Below, piece by piece: positions 30,802 to 40,274 of a stretch of 64,000 nucleotides of DNA (position 1 is the stretch's first letter; every line of letters begins with the position of its first letter). The notes under the pieces were generated by a model. The model saw only the letters and a program-made list of their open reading frames with translations. It did not search any database and was not told where the DNA came from. Location of the stretch: contig CAVVTL010000021.1 in the NCBI GenBank assembly GCA_963751155.1, positions 94,713 through 158,712 on the forward strand. The letters are read 5' to 3'. Position numbers and translations under genes: made by a program. Origin of the DNA: an uncultured Acidobacteriaceae bacterium (GTDB lineage: Bacteria > Acidobacteriota > Terriglobia > Terriglobales > Acidobacteriaceae).

Positions 30802-30831
30802 CGCCTGGCATCGTGCCAGGCGTTTCTTTTT
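30802..30831 (+). terminator. Rho-independent terminator after the ABC ATPase gene
   Basis: A 9-bp stem (CGCCTGGCA with TGCCAGGCG) and loop TCG, followed by TTTCTTTTT. Confidence 0.75.
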
Positions 30832-30887
30832 CGCTGCGCCGCCGCGTTATTCTGCTAGTGTCAAAACTGAACACTTGAGGTTGCGCG

Positions 30888-31475
30888 TTGTTCTCAGCGT
30901 TGCGATTGGCGGTCGTTTCGATTGCACTCATCGTACTAGCGTCGGCTAGCGCTTCTGCCCAATTTGGCGTGCCGCTCGACCACACCGATCCCAGGCTCGA
31001 ACCGGTGACGGTGCGCGAGCTCGTGGCGCGCTATTGTCGGCTCGATTACGCCGGGGCGCGCCTTGTTCCTTCGGACTGGCCTAAACTTCAGCCCACTGTC
31101 GCTTGGCCCACCAATCCCGATTATTCCCTGTTCATGGTCACGGCGCGCTTTGATGTGGAGGCCGAACTCACCTCCGAGCACGGCAAGTACTCGGTGACGG
31201 TGCATTATCGCTCGCTCGGCAAGTTTGATCTGTCCGAGGGCTACTCCGAGGACCCCGGCGCGCTGGTCCAGAGCGTGGTGTTCACGATTTCAGAGGTCAA
31301 CGGAGAGTGGCGCATTACCGAAGTAGAACCCAACTACCCTCATCCTTCACGCGCCGCAGCTCTGCAGTGGATCAATCTCAAGCTCTCGCAAACCAAAGAC
31401 CCGGCCACCATGTCGATCTATCAGCATGCGCTGCAAGATCTGAAAGCGCCGAACGGCTCGACCCCGGCCCAGTAG
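30888..31475 (+). CDS. Secreted hypothetical protein
   Basis: TTG start and signal peptide MFSALRLAVVSIALIVLASASASAQ. No recognised domain. Confidence 0.55.
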   Translation: MFSALRLAVVSIALIVLASASASAQFGVPLDHTDPRLEPVTVRELVARYCRLDYAGARLVPSDWPKLQPTVAWPTNPDYSLFMVTARFDVEAELTSEHGKYSVTVHYRSLGKFDLSEGYSEDPGALVQSVVFTISEVNGEWRITEVEPNYPHPSRAAALQWINLKLSQTKDPATMSIYQHALQDLKAPNGSTPAQ

Positions 31476-31533
31476 GCAGAACCGCCCACAGGCGGCTGAA
31501 GTCCAAAGTTCTGCAGCAGGTTGATGGCGGCTT

Positions 31534-32787
31534 CTAGTGGGAGATTCCAGCCGGCGTGCTGTCAGCCGAGCGCACCGGCGCGCTCGAAGATTTCCCCGAG
31601 AAGTAATCGTGGTCGTACAGATTGCGGTAGAAGTGTCCCGCCAGTTCGGCGGCCTTGGGACCAAACGTGGGGCGTCCGCCTTGCAGGAAGATCACGGTGA
31701 CGATCCGGCCGTGCTCGGTATTGGCGAACGAAGCGAACCAGCCAAAGCGCGTGCCGTTCTTCGAGCAGGTGCCGGTCTTTCCCAATACCGGTTCCTCGAC
31801 GAAACTGGTGCGCAGGAAACGCGCCGTGCCGTACTCGACAGCTCCCGAAAGTCCGTCGGACATTTCGGGAATGGCTTCACCGATATCCAGCTGCCGCTTG
31901 ACCTTGGGAGTGAAATTCGCGATGTCTTCGGCTGAATTCGGGTGCTGCAGGTAGTACAGCGTGCCGCCATTGGCGACAGCCGCCATCAGCGCTCCGAGTT
32001 GCAGTGGAGTCATGGAAATACTCTCGCCGAACGAGCACATCTTCCCCACGCCGCCCAGCCGCGAGTCGAGTTCGGTGCTGGGGAACGTGCCCAGGTGTTC
32101 GCCGTCGATATGCCAGCCCGCCAGTTCTCCCAAACCATACTGATGCGCGTAGTGGCTCACCCGCTCGAATCCCAGCTTCTGTCCCACGGCTGCAAAGTAC
32201 GCGTTGTTGGAATGTGCCAGCGCGGTGGTGAGGTCCATCCGGTAGTACTTGCCCAGCGGAATTTCCGTGTCTTTGGTGATGACGTTCTCGCTCAGGCCCG
32301 CGAGGGCAACTGCAACCTTGATGGTCGAGCATGGCTGCGCCCCGGCTGAAAGCGCCAGCTTCTGATTGACCATCGCTAAAATTCGGCCGCTATCAGGATC
32401 GATGGAAACCACTGTGCCGTTCATGTTGCCCAGGGCAGCGATGGCTGCGGCGCGCACCACCGGATCTTCTCCGTCAAACCGGTCGCCGTCTGCCTGGTCA
32501 GTCGCGAAGGAGCTGGCGTAGAAGCGCTCGTAATATTTGGATTTCTTCTTGCCCTTTGCGCTCGCCGTCGTGGTGGTTTTCGCCGGACTCTTTGCTGCCG
32601 CGGCCGCGCTGCGGCTGCTGTGCTTTGAGCGCGCCATCTTCTTCTGGGTGGAGGGCGAATCCGCGACGTGGTGTGACTTGGACTTCGGCTTCTTGGGCGC
32701 TGCAATCGTCGCTCCCGCTGCCAGGCTGGAAAGCAGCCAAATCGTCGATACCACGCCTATCCCGAAGGCAATACACCGGCTCTTCAT
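31534..32787 (-). CDS. Penicillin-binding transpeptidase-domain protein
   Basis: SxxK (STIK), SxN (SNN) and KTG(T) motifs in the correct order. The N-terminus has a TM segment and a basic low-complexity linker. Start is ATG 32787 (track start 32844 is also possible). Confidence 0.8.
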   Translation of the reverse strand: MKSRCIAFGIGVVSTIWLLSSLAAGATIAAPKKPKSKSHHVADSPSTQKKMARSKHSSRSAAAAAKSPAKTTTTASAKGKKKSKYYERFYASSFATDQADGDRFDGEDPVVRAAAIAALGNMNGTVVSIDPDSGRILAMVNQKLALSAGAQPCSTIKVAVALAGLSENVITKDTEIPLGKYYRMDLTTALAHSNNAYFAAVGQKLGFERVSHYAHQYGLGELAGWHIDGEHLGTFPSTELDSRLGGVGKMCSFGESISMTPLQLGALMAAVANGGTLYYLQHPNSAEDIANFTPKVKRQLDIGEAIPEMSDGLSGAVEYGTARFLRTSFVEEPVLGKTGTCSKNGTRFGWFASFANTEHGRIVTVIFLQGGRPTFGPKAAELAGHFYRNLYDHDYFSGKSSSAPVRSADSTPAGISH

Positions 32788-33084
32788 TGACACCCCAGAC
32801 TCCACTTCATTCTCAGTCTCTTGCCGCCGACGATCGCGGCCCACGTTCAGCCAACACCACGTCTGTCAGTGGCTTGGCACACATTCTTCGTGCATCTGTT
32901 TATTCCCCAGAAGGTACTCAAGCAGCGATGACGGATGCACAGTTAATTACTTATCACACAATGCAACCTGTGTCGCCGTGGCAATTGTGGTTCCGACCTC
33001 AAACGTTCCGTTTTCAGACCGTTCGAGGGATTGTCCCACTTTGAATTGATCCCCGCCATCGTCTCGCCAAACTCGCAGCGGCCG

Positions 33085-33720
33085 CTATTGCACTTTCGCG
33101 GCAGGATCGTGGCTGCGCGAATAGATGTAATCGTCGATGGCCTGCTGAAGGCTTCCTTGCGCCCGCAGGATGTACTCGATGGCGTCGCGGACCGCGCCTT
33201 TGCCGCCTTCGTGGGCAGTGATGAAGTGCGACTCGCGCAACACTTCTTCCCGCGAATTCTTCACGGCAATCGCCAGCCCGCACAGCCGCATCACGGGCAG
33301 GTCGATGATGTCGTCGCCCACGTAGGCCACTTCTTCCGCCGCCAGGTTCTCTTTTGCCAGGATCTCGCGGAACGCCGCCGCCTTGTCCTGCTGCCCCTGA
33401 TACACGTGCTCGATTCGCAGATCGCGCGCCCGCAGTGCCACCGTCTCGGAGATGCGCTTCGTAATAATAGCGGCCTTGAGCCCTCCCAATCGCGCCAGCG
33501 AAAATCCTGTGCCGTCGTGGGCGTTGAATCCTTTGGCCTCAAGCATGGTCGAGCTGGCGATTCCGAACCCGATTTTGTCGGCCATCTTCTCGCGGTGCTC
33601 TTCGGTGGTGGCTCCGGACGCCCCGCCGGGGGCCGGAAACAGGAAAATCGTGCCGTCGGTCATGACTCCATCGACGTCAAAAATAATCAGTTTGATTTTT
33701 CTGGCGCGTTCTTCAGACAT
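33085..33720 (-). CDS. kdsC: HAD-IIIA phosphatase, KdsC-like (3-deoxy-D-manno-octulosonate 8-phosphate phosphatase) with a ~30-aa insertion
   Basis: Motif I reads IIFDVDGVMTDG, followed later by GDDIIDLP. Confidence 0.7.
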   Translation of the reverse strand: MSEERARKIKLIIFDVDGVMTDGTIFLFPAPGGASGATTEEHREKMADKIGFGIASSTMLEAKGFNAHDGTGFSLARLGGLKAAIITKRISETVALRARDLRIEHVYQGQQDKAAAFREILAKENLAAEEVAYVGDDIIDLPVMRLCGLAIAVKNSREEVLRESHFITAHEGGKGAVRDAIEYILRAQGSLQQAIDDYIYSRSHDPAAKVQ

Positions 33721-33829
33721 GGGGTCATCTTATCAGCGGGGCGCTGTGAGGTTGCCGTTACGCATCCCCGGCGGCTGAGCCATCTCTACCGGACATTTCA
33801 TACGCTACTGACAGCCTTATAGCGAACAA

Positions 33830-36800
33830 TTGGCGAAAGTCGGGAAAAGGGCTAGAATGTCGGGCATGCCATCCGCAGAAGTCCCTGTCACCCTCGCCTG
33901 GGCGCACCCATTGGTCGCCGAGTGGTTCCTGGCGCGCTTCGGCTCACCCACCGAACCGCAAGAACAGGGCTGGCCGGAGATCCTCGCGGGACGCACCACC
34001 CTGATTTCGGCTCCAACCGGATCGGGCAAGACTCTGGCGGCCTTCCTCATCTGCATCGACCGCCTGGTGCGGAAGGCCCTCGATGGCAGCCTGCTCGACC
34101 GTACCGAAGTGCTTTATGTCTCCCCGCTGAAGGCCCTCGGCAACGACATCCAGAAGAACCTCGACGGCCCGCTCAGTGAAATCCTCGCATTGGCGGCCGA
34201 ACGCGGCATGCTGATGCCGGAGATCCGCACGATGGTGCGTTCGGGAGACACCCTGGCAAAAGAGCGGCGCGACATGTTGAAGCGCCCTCCTCATATCCTG
34301 GTTACGACCCCGGAATCGCTCTACATTCTTCTGACGGCCGACAAGAGCCGCTCGATCTTGCGCGACGTGCAAACGGTCATCGTGGATGAAATTCACGCCG
34401 TGGCCGACGATAAACGCGGCGCGCACCTCTCGATCTCGCTGGAGCGCCTCGACCGGTTGTCCGGGAATCCGACGCGCATCGGCCTGTCAGCCACGCAGAA
34501 GCCCATTGAGCTGATCGCCCACTTCCTGACTGGCGCAGGCCGCCCCGCCCCCGCTGTCGTCAACATCGGGCATCGCCGCCAACTCGATTTGCAGATCGAA
34601 GTGCCGGCCTCCGAACTCGGTCCCATTGCCAGCAACGAAATGTGGGGTGAGATTTACGATCGCATCGCCGCACTGGCGCTGGAGCACCGCTCGACCCTGA
34701 TTTTCGTGAACACCCGCCGCTTGGCCGAGCGGCTTGCCCTGCACCTGAGTGAGCGCATTGGCGAAGACTTGGTAGCCGCGCATCACGGCAGTCTGGCCAG
34801 AAAGCTGCGCCTCGCCGCAGAGCGCAAACTGAAGAACGGTGAGATAAGGGCGCTGGTGGCCACGGCGTCCCTCGAACTCGGCATCGACATCGGCAACGTG
34901 GATCTGGTCTGCCAGATCAATTCGCCGCGCGCGATTTCCGTCGCGTTGCAGCGCGTCGGACGCGCCGGCCACTGGCGCGGCGCGATTCCCAAGGGCCGCC
35001 TGTTCGTCACCACGCGAGACGATTTGGTCGAGTGCGCCGCCACCGTCCACGCAATCCAATGCGGCGACCTCGACCGCATCCATGTTCCCGACAAACCGCT
35101 CGACATCCTGGCCCAGCACATCGTGGCCATGTGTAGCTGCGAGGAGTGGGACGAAGCGGAATTGTTCGACTGCGTCCGAGGCGCATATCCCTATGGCAGC
35201 CTCACCGCCGAGGAGTATCGACGAATCATCGAGATGCTCTCGGAGGGCATCGCGGCCTCACGCGGCCGCTACGGAGCTTACCTGCACCGCGACCAGGTGA
35301 ACGGCAAGCTGCGCGCACGGCGCGGTGCGCGGCTGGCCGCCATTACCAGCGGAGGCGCCATCCCGGATACTGCCTTGTTCTCGGTGGTGGTGCAGCCGGA
35401 AGAAATCGTAATTGGAACGGTGGATGAAGATTTCGCGGTGGAAAGCAATGCCGGCGACATCATGCTGCTGGGCAACACCTCGTGGCGCATTACGCGCGTG
35501 GAATCGAGGTCGGGACGGGTCTTGGTAGAGGATGCGCACGGCGCGCCGCCGAGTATACCGTTCTGGCTCGGTGAGGCGCCGTCGCGAACGGCCGAGCTGT
35601 CGCAACATGTCGCGTTGCTACGCGAGGAGGTCAGCAAGCTTCTGCCGAACACCGCACCGCTTCCAGCGCAGCCGGCGCGACCCTACGGCGAAGGAGATGC
35701 GCCGCCGAAATTCCGTGTCCGCGGTCTGGAGTCGAGTCCAGAGGTACAGGCGGCAACAGCGTGGCTCAAAGCTGCATGTGGACTGGATGATTCCGGCGCC
35801 GAGCAGTTGGTGGAGTACATCGTCGCCGGGCGGGCGGTGCTGGGCGAGGTGCCGACGCAGAAGACCATCATCGCCGAGCGGTTTTTCGACGAAGGCGGCG
35901 GCATGCAGCTTATCCTGCACGCGCCCTTCGGCGGACGAGTCAACAAAGCCTGGGGACTGGCGCTGCGCAAACGTTTCTGCCGCTCGTTCAACTTCGAATT
36001 GCAGGCGGCCGCCACCGACAATGGGCTGAACATTGCTCTGGCGGAACAACACAGCTTCCCTCTTGGCGATGTCTTTCATTATTTGCAACTCGAGACGTTG
36101 CAGGAAATCCTGGAGCAGGCCGCGCTGGCCTCACCGATCTTCGCCACGCGCTGGAAGTGGGATGCGGGCCGCTCGCTCGCCCTATTGCGTTTTCAGGGCG
36201 GCAAGAAAGTCCCGCCGCAAATCCAGCGGATTCGGAGCGCCGACTTGCTGGCCGGTGTCTTTCCCGACGTGGCTGCGTGCTTCGAAAACATCGAGGGCGA
36301 TATCAAGATCCCCGACCATCCACTCATCCAGGAGGTCATGAAAGACGTCCTCACCGAGGCGATGGACATCGATGGATTGCGCGCGGTTTTGACCGGCATC
36401 GGCGATGGTTCCATCCGCTGCATTGCCGTCGATACTCCCGTGCCGTCACAGTTTTCGCACGAGATTTTGAATGCGAATCCGTACGCCTTCCTCGATGATG
36501 CTCCGCTGGAAGAGCGCCGGGCCCGCGCTGTACAGATGCGGCGCATGCTGCCTGAGGCTGTGCTCAGTGAGGTGGGCCGACTCGACCAGACCGCGATTGC
36601 CCGAGTGCGCGAGGAAGCGCGACCGGACGTACGGGACGCCGACGAACTCCATGACACTCTGCAGACGCTGATTGCGCTGCCGGAAGATCCGGTTGATCCG
36701 GAATGGCACGCTGCGGTTGCCACCTGGCGTCGCTTCGTGCCCGAACTGCTGGAGACGGGGCGGGTAGTTCGGGCAACCGTGGCAGATCGCACGTATCTGA

Positions 36801-38227
36801 TCGCCGCGGAACGTGGGAGCGAGTTCGCCTTTGTGTTCGCCGACGCCAGGTTTGAGACCGAGCCGCCGCATTTCTCATCGTCCGTGACGTCGCGCGATGA
36901 CGCCCTGTTGAATATGCTGAAGGGCTGGATGATGCACGCAGGCCCGACCAGCGCCCCCGCACTGGGCTTCCTGCTCGGCCTCCCGACGTCCGATATAGCC
37001 AACGTGTTGTTGAGGATGGAGGCCAGCGGCTCAATCCTGCGGGGCAACTTCACTGGCCAGGCCGCGGGTTCTGATCCCGAGACTGCCGAATGGTGCGACC
37101 GCCGCTTGCTCGCTCGTATTCATCAACTCACGGTCGCCACGCTGCGAAAGCAGGTGGAGCCGGTCACCGCCGCCCAATTCATGCGGTGGCTGTTGCGCTG
37201 GCAACATATCTCACCAAACTCGCAGCTGGGCGGCGAACGCGGATTGCTCGAGGTCCTCCGCCAGTTGCAGGGATTCGAGATTCCGGCGAACGCATGGGAA
37301 AGGCAGGTCTTAGGCCCGCGTGTGAACGCTTACGAGCCTTCCCTGCTCGACCAGTTATGCCTGACCGGAGCGGTGGGATGGGGGAGGCTGTCGCCGCATC
37401 CGGCAACCCTGGAAGATTCAGGTAGCGGTCGGCGGCGGGTTGTTCCTACCAGCGTGGCGCCCATTACGTTTTTCGTGCGGGAAGATTCCGACTGGATGCA
37501 GTCGCGCGGTCCCGAGGAAGAGCTAGCGGAGGAGCGGGTTCTAAGCGACGGGGCCAGGGAGGTCGCAGGATTTCTCCGGCGGCGGGGCGCTTCGTTCTTT
37601 GCCGATATCGTTCGCGCGACCGGGAAGTTGAAGGCTGAAATCGAAACTGCTCTGTGGGAACTCGTTGCTGCCGGGCTAGTCACAGCCGACGGATTTGAGA
37701 ACCTGCGTTCGCTGATCAATCCTGTCCGCCGGGCGACGCCAGGAACGACGAAGATCGCGAAGCCGCGTCACTCGACAGGTCGGTGGTCGCTGCTGTTCGC
37801 CGCCGAAGCCACTGATCGCAACAAGACCATCGAGGCTACCTGCCGGGTGTTGCTGCGTCGTTACGGGGTAGTCTTCCGCGAGGTGCTTGCGCGCGAATCG
37901 AACCTTCCAAAATGGCGCGAGCTGATGATCATGTTTCGCAGGTTGGAAGACCGCGGCGAAGTGCGCGGCGGAAGGTTCGTCAGCGGTTTTCTGGGTGAAC
38001 AATTCGCGCTGCCCGAGGCGGTTGAGTCGCTGCGGTCCATGCGCAACCTGCCGGCGACGGGAGAGACAGTCGTTCTGTCGGCCGCCGACCCGCTCAACCT
38101 GATCGGGTTCATCGTGCCGGGGGAGCGCGTGGCAGCGATTTCCGGGAAGTACGTCAAGTTTCGCGACGGCGTCCCAATTGATCCGGAAGAGCGGAACGCG
38201 TTGCTGCGAGAAGCCGGTGCGCAGTGA
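33830..38227 (+). CDS. lhr: Lhr-family ATP-dependent DExH helicase (long form)
   Basis: 1465 aa with Walker A APTGSGKT, a DEIH box, SAT, and a long C-terminal extension as in E. coli Lhr. The start is ambiguous (TTG 33830, ATG 33857 or 33866). Confidence 0.88.
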   Translation: MAKVGKRARMSGMPSAEVPVTLAWAHPLVAEWFLARFGSPTEPQEQGWPEILAGRTTLISAPTGSGKTLAAFLICIDRLVRKALDGSLLDRTEVLYVSPLKALGNDIQKNLDGPLSEILALAAERGMLMPEIRTMVRSGDTLAKERRDMLKRPPHILVTTPESLYILLTADKSRSILRDVQTVIVDEIHAVADDKRGAHLSISLERLDRLSGNPTRIGLSATQKPIELIAHFLTGAGRPAPAVVNIGHRRQLDLQIEVPASELGPIASNEMWGEIYDRIAALALEHRSTLIFVNTRRLAERLALHLSERIGEDLVAAHHGSLARKLRLAAERKLKNGEIRALVATASLELGIDIGNVDLVCQINSPRAISVALQRVGRAGHWRGAIPKGRLFVTTRDDLVECAATVHAIQCGDLDRIHVPDKPLDILAQHIVAMCSCEEWDEAELFDCVRGAYPYGSLTAEEYRRIIEMLSEGIAASRGRYGAYLHRDQVNGKLRARRGARLAAITSGGAIPDTALFSVVVQPEEIVIGTVDEDFAVESNAGDIMLLGNTSWRITRVESRSGRVLVEDAHGAPPSIPFWLGEAPSRTAELSQHVALLREEVSKLLPNTAPLPAQPARPYGEGDAPPKFRVRGLESSPEVQAATAWLKAACGLDDSGAEQLVEYIVAGRAVLGEVPTQKTIIAERFFDEGGGMQLILHAPFGGRVNKAWGLALRKRFCRSFNFELQAAATDNGLNIALAEQHSFPLGDVFHYLQLETLQEILEQAALASPIFATRWKWDAGRSLALLRFQGGKKVPPQIQRIRSADLLAGVFPDVAACFENIEGDIKIPDHPLIQEVMKDVLTEAMDIDGLRAVLTGIGDGSIRCIAVDTPVPSQFSHEILNANPYAFLDDAPLEERRARAVQMRRMLPEAVLSEVGRLDQTAIARVREEARPDVRDADELHDTLQTLIALPEDPVDPEWHAAVATWRRFVPELLETGRVVRATVADRTYLIAAERGSEFAFVFADARFETEPPHFSSSVTSRDDALLNMLKGWMMHAGPTSAPALGFLLGLPTSDIANVLLRMEASGSILRGNFTGQAAGSDPETAEWCDRRLLARIHQLTVATLRKQVEPVTAAQFMRWLLRWQHISPNSQLGGERGLLEVLRQLQGFEIPANAWERQVLGPRVNAYEPSLLDQLCLTGAVGWGRLSPHPATLEDSGSGRRRVVPTSVAPITFFVREDSDWMQSRGPEEELAEERVLSDGAREVAGFLRRRGASFFADIVRATGKLKAEIETALWELVAAGLVTADGFENLRSLINPVRRATPGTTKIAKPRHSTGRWSLLFAAEATDRNKTIEATCRVLLRRYGVVFREVLARESNLPKWRELMIMFRRLEDRGEVRGGRFVSGFLGEQFALPEAVESLRSMRNLPATGETVVLSAADPLNLIGFIVPGERVAAISGKYVKFRDGVPIDPEERNALLREAGAQ

Positions 38228-38412
38228 TCGACCGCGAGTTGATTGAGGGTATCGACTACTACCTCGAAAACGGGTTGCTGGTGTTTACCGAGCAATACCT
38301 GCGCGATCGCGGATACTGCTGCACCAACGGCTGCCGCCACTGCCCGTATGGGTATGAGAAATTCGACCCCGCCACGAAACCGGACGACGAACGTTCGAGA
38401 GAATCCGGGTGA
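38224..38412 (+). CDS. Small Cys-rich protein, DUF5522-like
   Basis: 62 aa containing YYLENGLLVFTEQYLRDRGYCCTNGCRHCPY. The GTG start overlaps the lhr stop (GTGA). Confidence 0.5.
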   Translation: MIDRELIEGIDYYLENGLLVFTEQYLRDRGYCCTNGCRHCPYGYEKFDPATKPDDERSRESG

Positions 38413-38443
38413 ACGGACTACCCTACGGACGCGCTAGAAACCC

Positions 38444-38515
38444 TTCACCACAGAGACACTGAGGCACAGAGGAGTCAATTCAAAAACCTCAGTGTCTCTG
38501 TGCCTCAGTGGTGAA
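38444..38515. terminator. Long bulged hairpin between convergent genes (bidirectional terminator candidate)
   Basis: CAGAGACACTGAGG pairs with CCTCAGTGTCTCTG, and an outer stem pairs TTCACCA (38444-38450) with TGGTGAA (38509-38515), with an 8-nt bulge. There is no clear U-tract. Confidence 0.45.
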
Positions 38516-38527
38516 TTGCCTTCGACC

Positions 38528-38926
38528 TTACCCCATGGTGTTGAACTTCTGCGGAGTGATCTTGAACAGGACGCGCTGTTCGCCCGGCTGGGCGTAGGGA
38601 TACTTGTCGACACCCATATATTTCTTGGCCATCTTGTCGATGTGTGCCGTGGCGCCGTCCTGAGTGATTTCGTCGACCTGGCCACGGATTTCGAGGTAGC
38701 GGTACGGATTTTCCGGGTCGATGAGGGTGATGGCGACACGAGGATCGTGGCGGACATTCTTGTCCTTCTGACGGCCCAGCGCGGTGTTGACAATCACCTT
38801 GCCGTCGGCAAAGTCGACCCACACCGGAGTGGTTTGAGGACTACCGTCGGGCATCAGAGTAGTGAAGCTGCCGAAGGCTTTTTTCTGGAAGAGGTCTTTG
38901 TGGCTCTCAGGAACGGGAACGGCCAT
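38528..38926 (-). CDS. PPOX-class (pyridoxamine 5'-phosphate oxidase-like, probable F420/FMN-dependent) protein
   Basis: Contains TTLMPDGSPQTTPVWVDFADGKVIVNT...DPRVAITLIDPENPYRYLEIRG. ATG 38926 is preceded by an AGGAGA Shine-Dalgarno sequence. Confidence 0.75.
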   Translation of the reverse strand: MAVPVPESHKDLFQKKAFGSFTTLMPDGSPQTTPVWVDFADGKVIVNTALGRQKDKNVRHDPRVAITLIDPENPYRYLEIRGQVDEITQDGATAHIDKMAKKYMGVDKYPYAQPGEQRVLFKITPQKFNTMG

Positions 38927-39081
38927 CTTGTATCTCCTCTGCCGCGCCCATGGCGGCAAATGAATGAATTCCGCTGATATTGTACGCGCTGCGAAAGTGT
39001 TTGAGGGAAGTCAAGACCCGCCCGGCGAATGGGGGCTGCCGCGCGAACCGAAGTCCGCGCAGCATGTCGAGAGCGACAGTC

Positions 39082-40251
39082 TTACCGCACGCCCAAGAGC
39101 ACTTCTATGGTGAGTTGGTCGAGCCGCTCGTATTGCAGGCCCTTTTGCGCCAGTGTTACGCGGTCGTAGTTCGTGGCCAGCAACTTCTGCGCTGCGGCCG
39201 ACGAGTAGCTGCCGATCGGGCTCGCGCCTGCATTCTTGGCGGCAATCTCTTTCATGATGGCCTGGATCTCCGGATCTTCGTTCCACTGCCGCGCTTTTTC
39301 CTTAAGGATCACGTAGGTCCGCATGCAACCCAGTGCGAAATCCTTCACGCCAGCGATGTCCTCGGTGCGATAAGCGTGAGCGTCAAAGTGGCGCGGGCCT
39401 GCGTAGCCAACGTCTTCGAGAAACTTTACGAGCCAGAACATCGCCTTGGGAGTAGCTGAGCCGAAGCGATAGTCCTGGTCATAGCGACCGGAAAGCTGGT
39501 CGTTGAGATCGATGTGGAAGAGCTTGCCGCACTCCCAGGCCTGCGCGACGGCATGCAGCGCGTTGAGGCCCGACATGTGCTCGTGAGCGACTTCGGGATT
39601 CACCCCAACCATCTCAGGATGCGCCAGGGTCGGAATGAAACCGAGGTAAGCTCCGGTGGTGGCCATGTAGATGTCGCCGCGAGGTTCGTTCGGCTTGGCT
39701 TCCATGGCGAACTTGTAGCCGTACTTCTTATCGAGGTTGTATTCGCAGAGATAATTGAGGGCTTCGCGGAGTCGCTTGACCGCGTCATCCGGCCGACGGC
39801 AGGCATCGGTTTCAGTCCCTTCGCGTCCGCCCCAGAGGACGAAGATCTTAGCGCCCAGCTCCGCTCCAACGTCCATGGCAGTCATAGTCTTCTGTACGGC
39901 GTAGGCACGGACTGCGGGATCGTTAGAGGTAAACGCTCCGTCGCGAAAGACCGGGTCGTAGAACAAATTGACGGTCGCCATGGGAACGCAAATGCCATGT
40001 TCCTTGCAGGCCGCCTTGAACTCGCGCACGATGCGGTCGCGCTCAGCCGGAGTGGCGTCGATGGGGACCAGATCGTTGTCGTGCAGGTTGACGCCCCAGG
40101 CGCCCAGTTCGCCCAAGATGGCTACGATGTCATTGGGCGGAATCGTGGGACGCACAGCTTCGCCGAAGGGATCGCGGCCACGATTGCCGATGGTCCAGAG
40201 ACCGAAAGAGAATTTGTGTTCCGGCTTGGGGTTGAATTGGTCGTTCGACAT
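39082..40251 (-). CDS. xylA: Xylose isomerase (short class I type)
   Basis: Begins [30 protein letters not shown] and contains [11 protein letters not shown] 40251 is preceded by GGAGG. Confidence 0.93.
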   Translation of the reverse strand: MSNDQFNPKPEHKFSFGLWTIGNRGRDPFGEAVRPTIPPNDIVAILGELGAWGVNLHDNDLVPIDATPAERDRIVREFKAACKEHGICVPMATVNLFYDPVFRDGAFTSNDPAVRAYAVQKTMTAMDVGAELGAKIFVLWGGREGTETDACRRPDDAVKRLREALNYLCEYNLDKKYGYKFAMEAKPNEPRGDIYMATTGAYLGFIPTLAHPEMVGVNPEVAHEHMSGLNALHAVAQAWECGKLFHIDLNDQLSGRYDQDYRFGSATPKAMFWLVKFLEDVGYAGPRHFDAHAYRTEDIAGVKDFALGCMRTYVILKEKARQWNEDPEIQAIMKEIAAKNAGASPIGSYSSAAAQKLLATNYDRVTLAQKGLQYERLDQLTIEVLLGVR

Positions 40252-40274
40252 GATGCCTCCAATAGGATTGTGGT

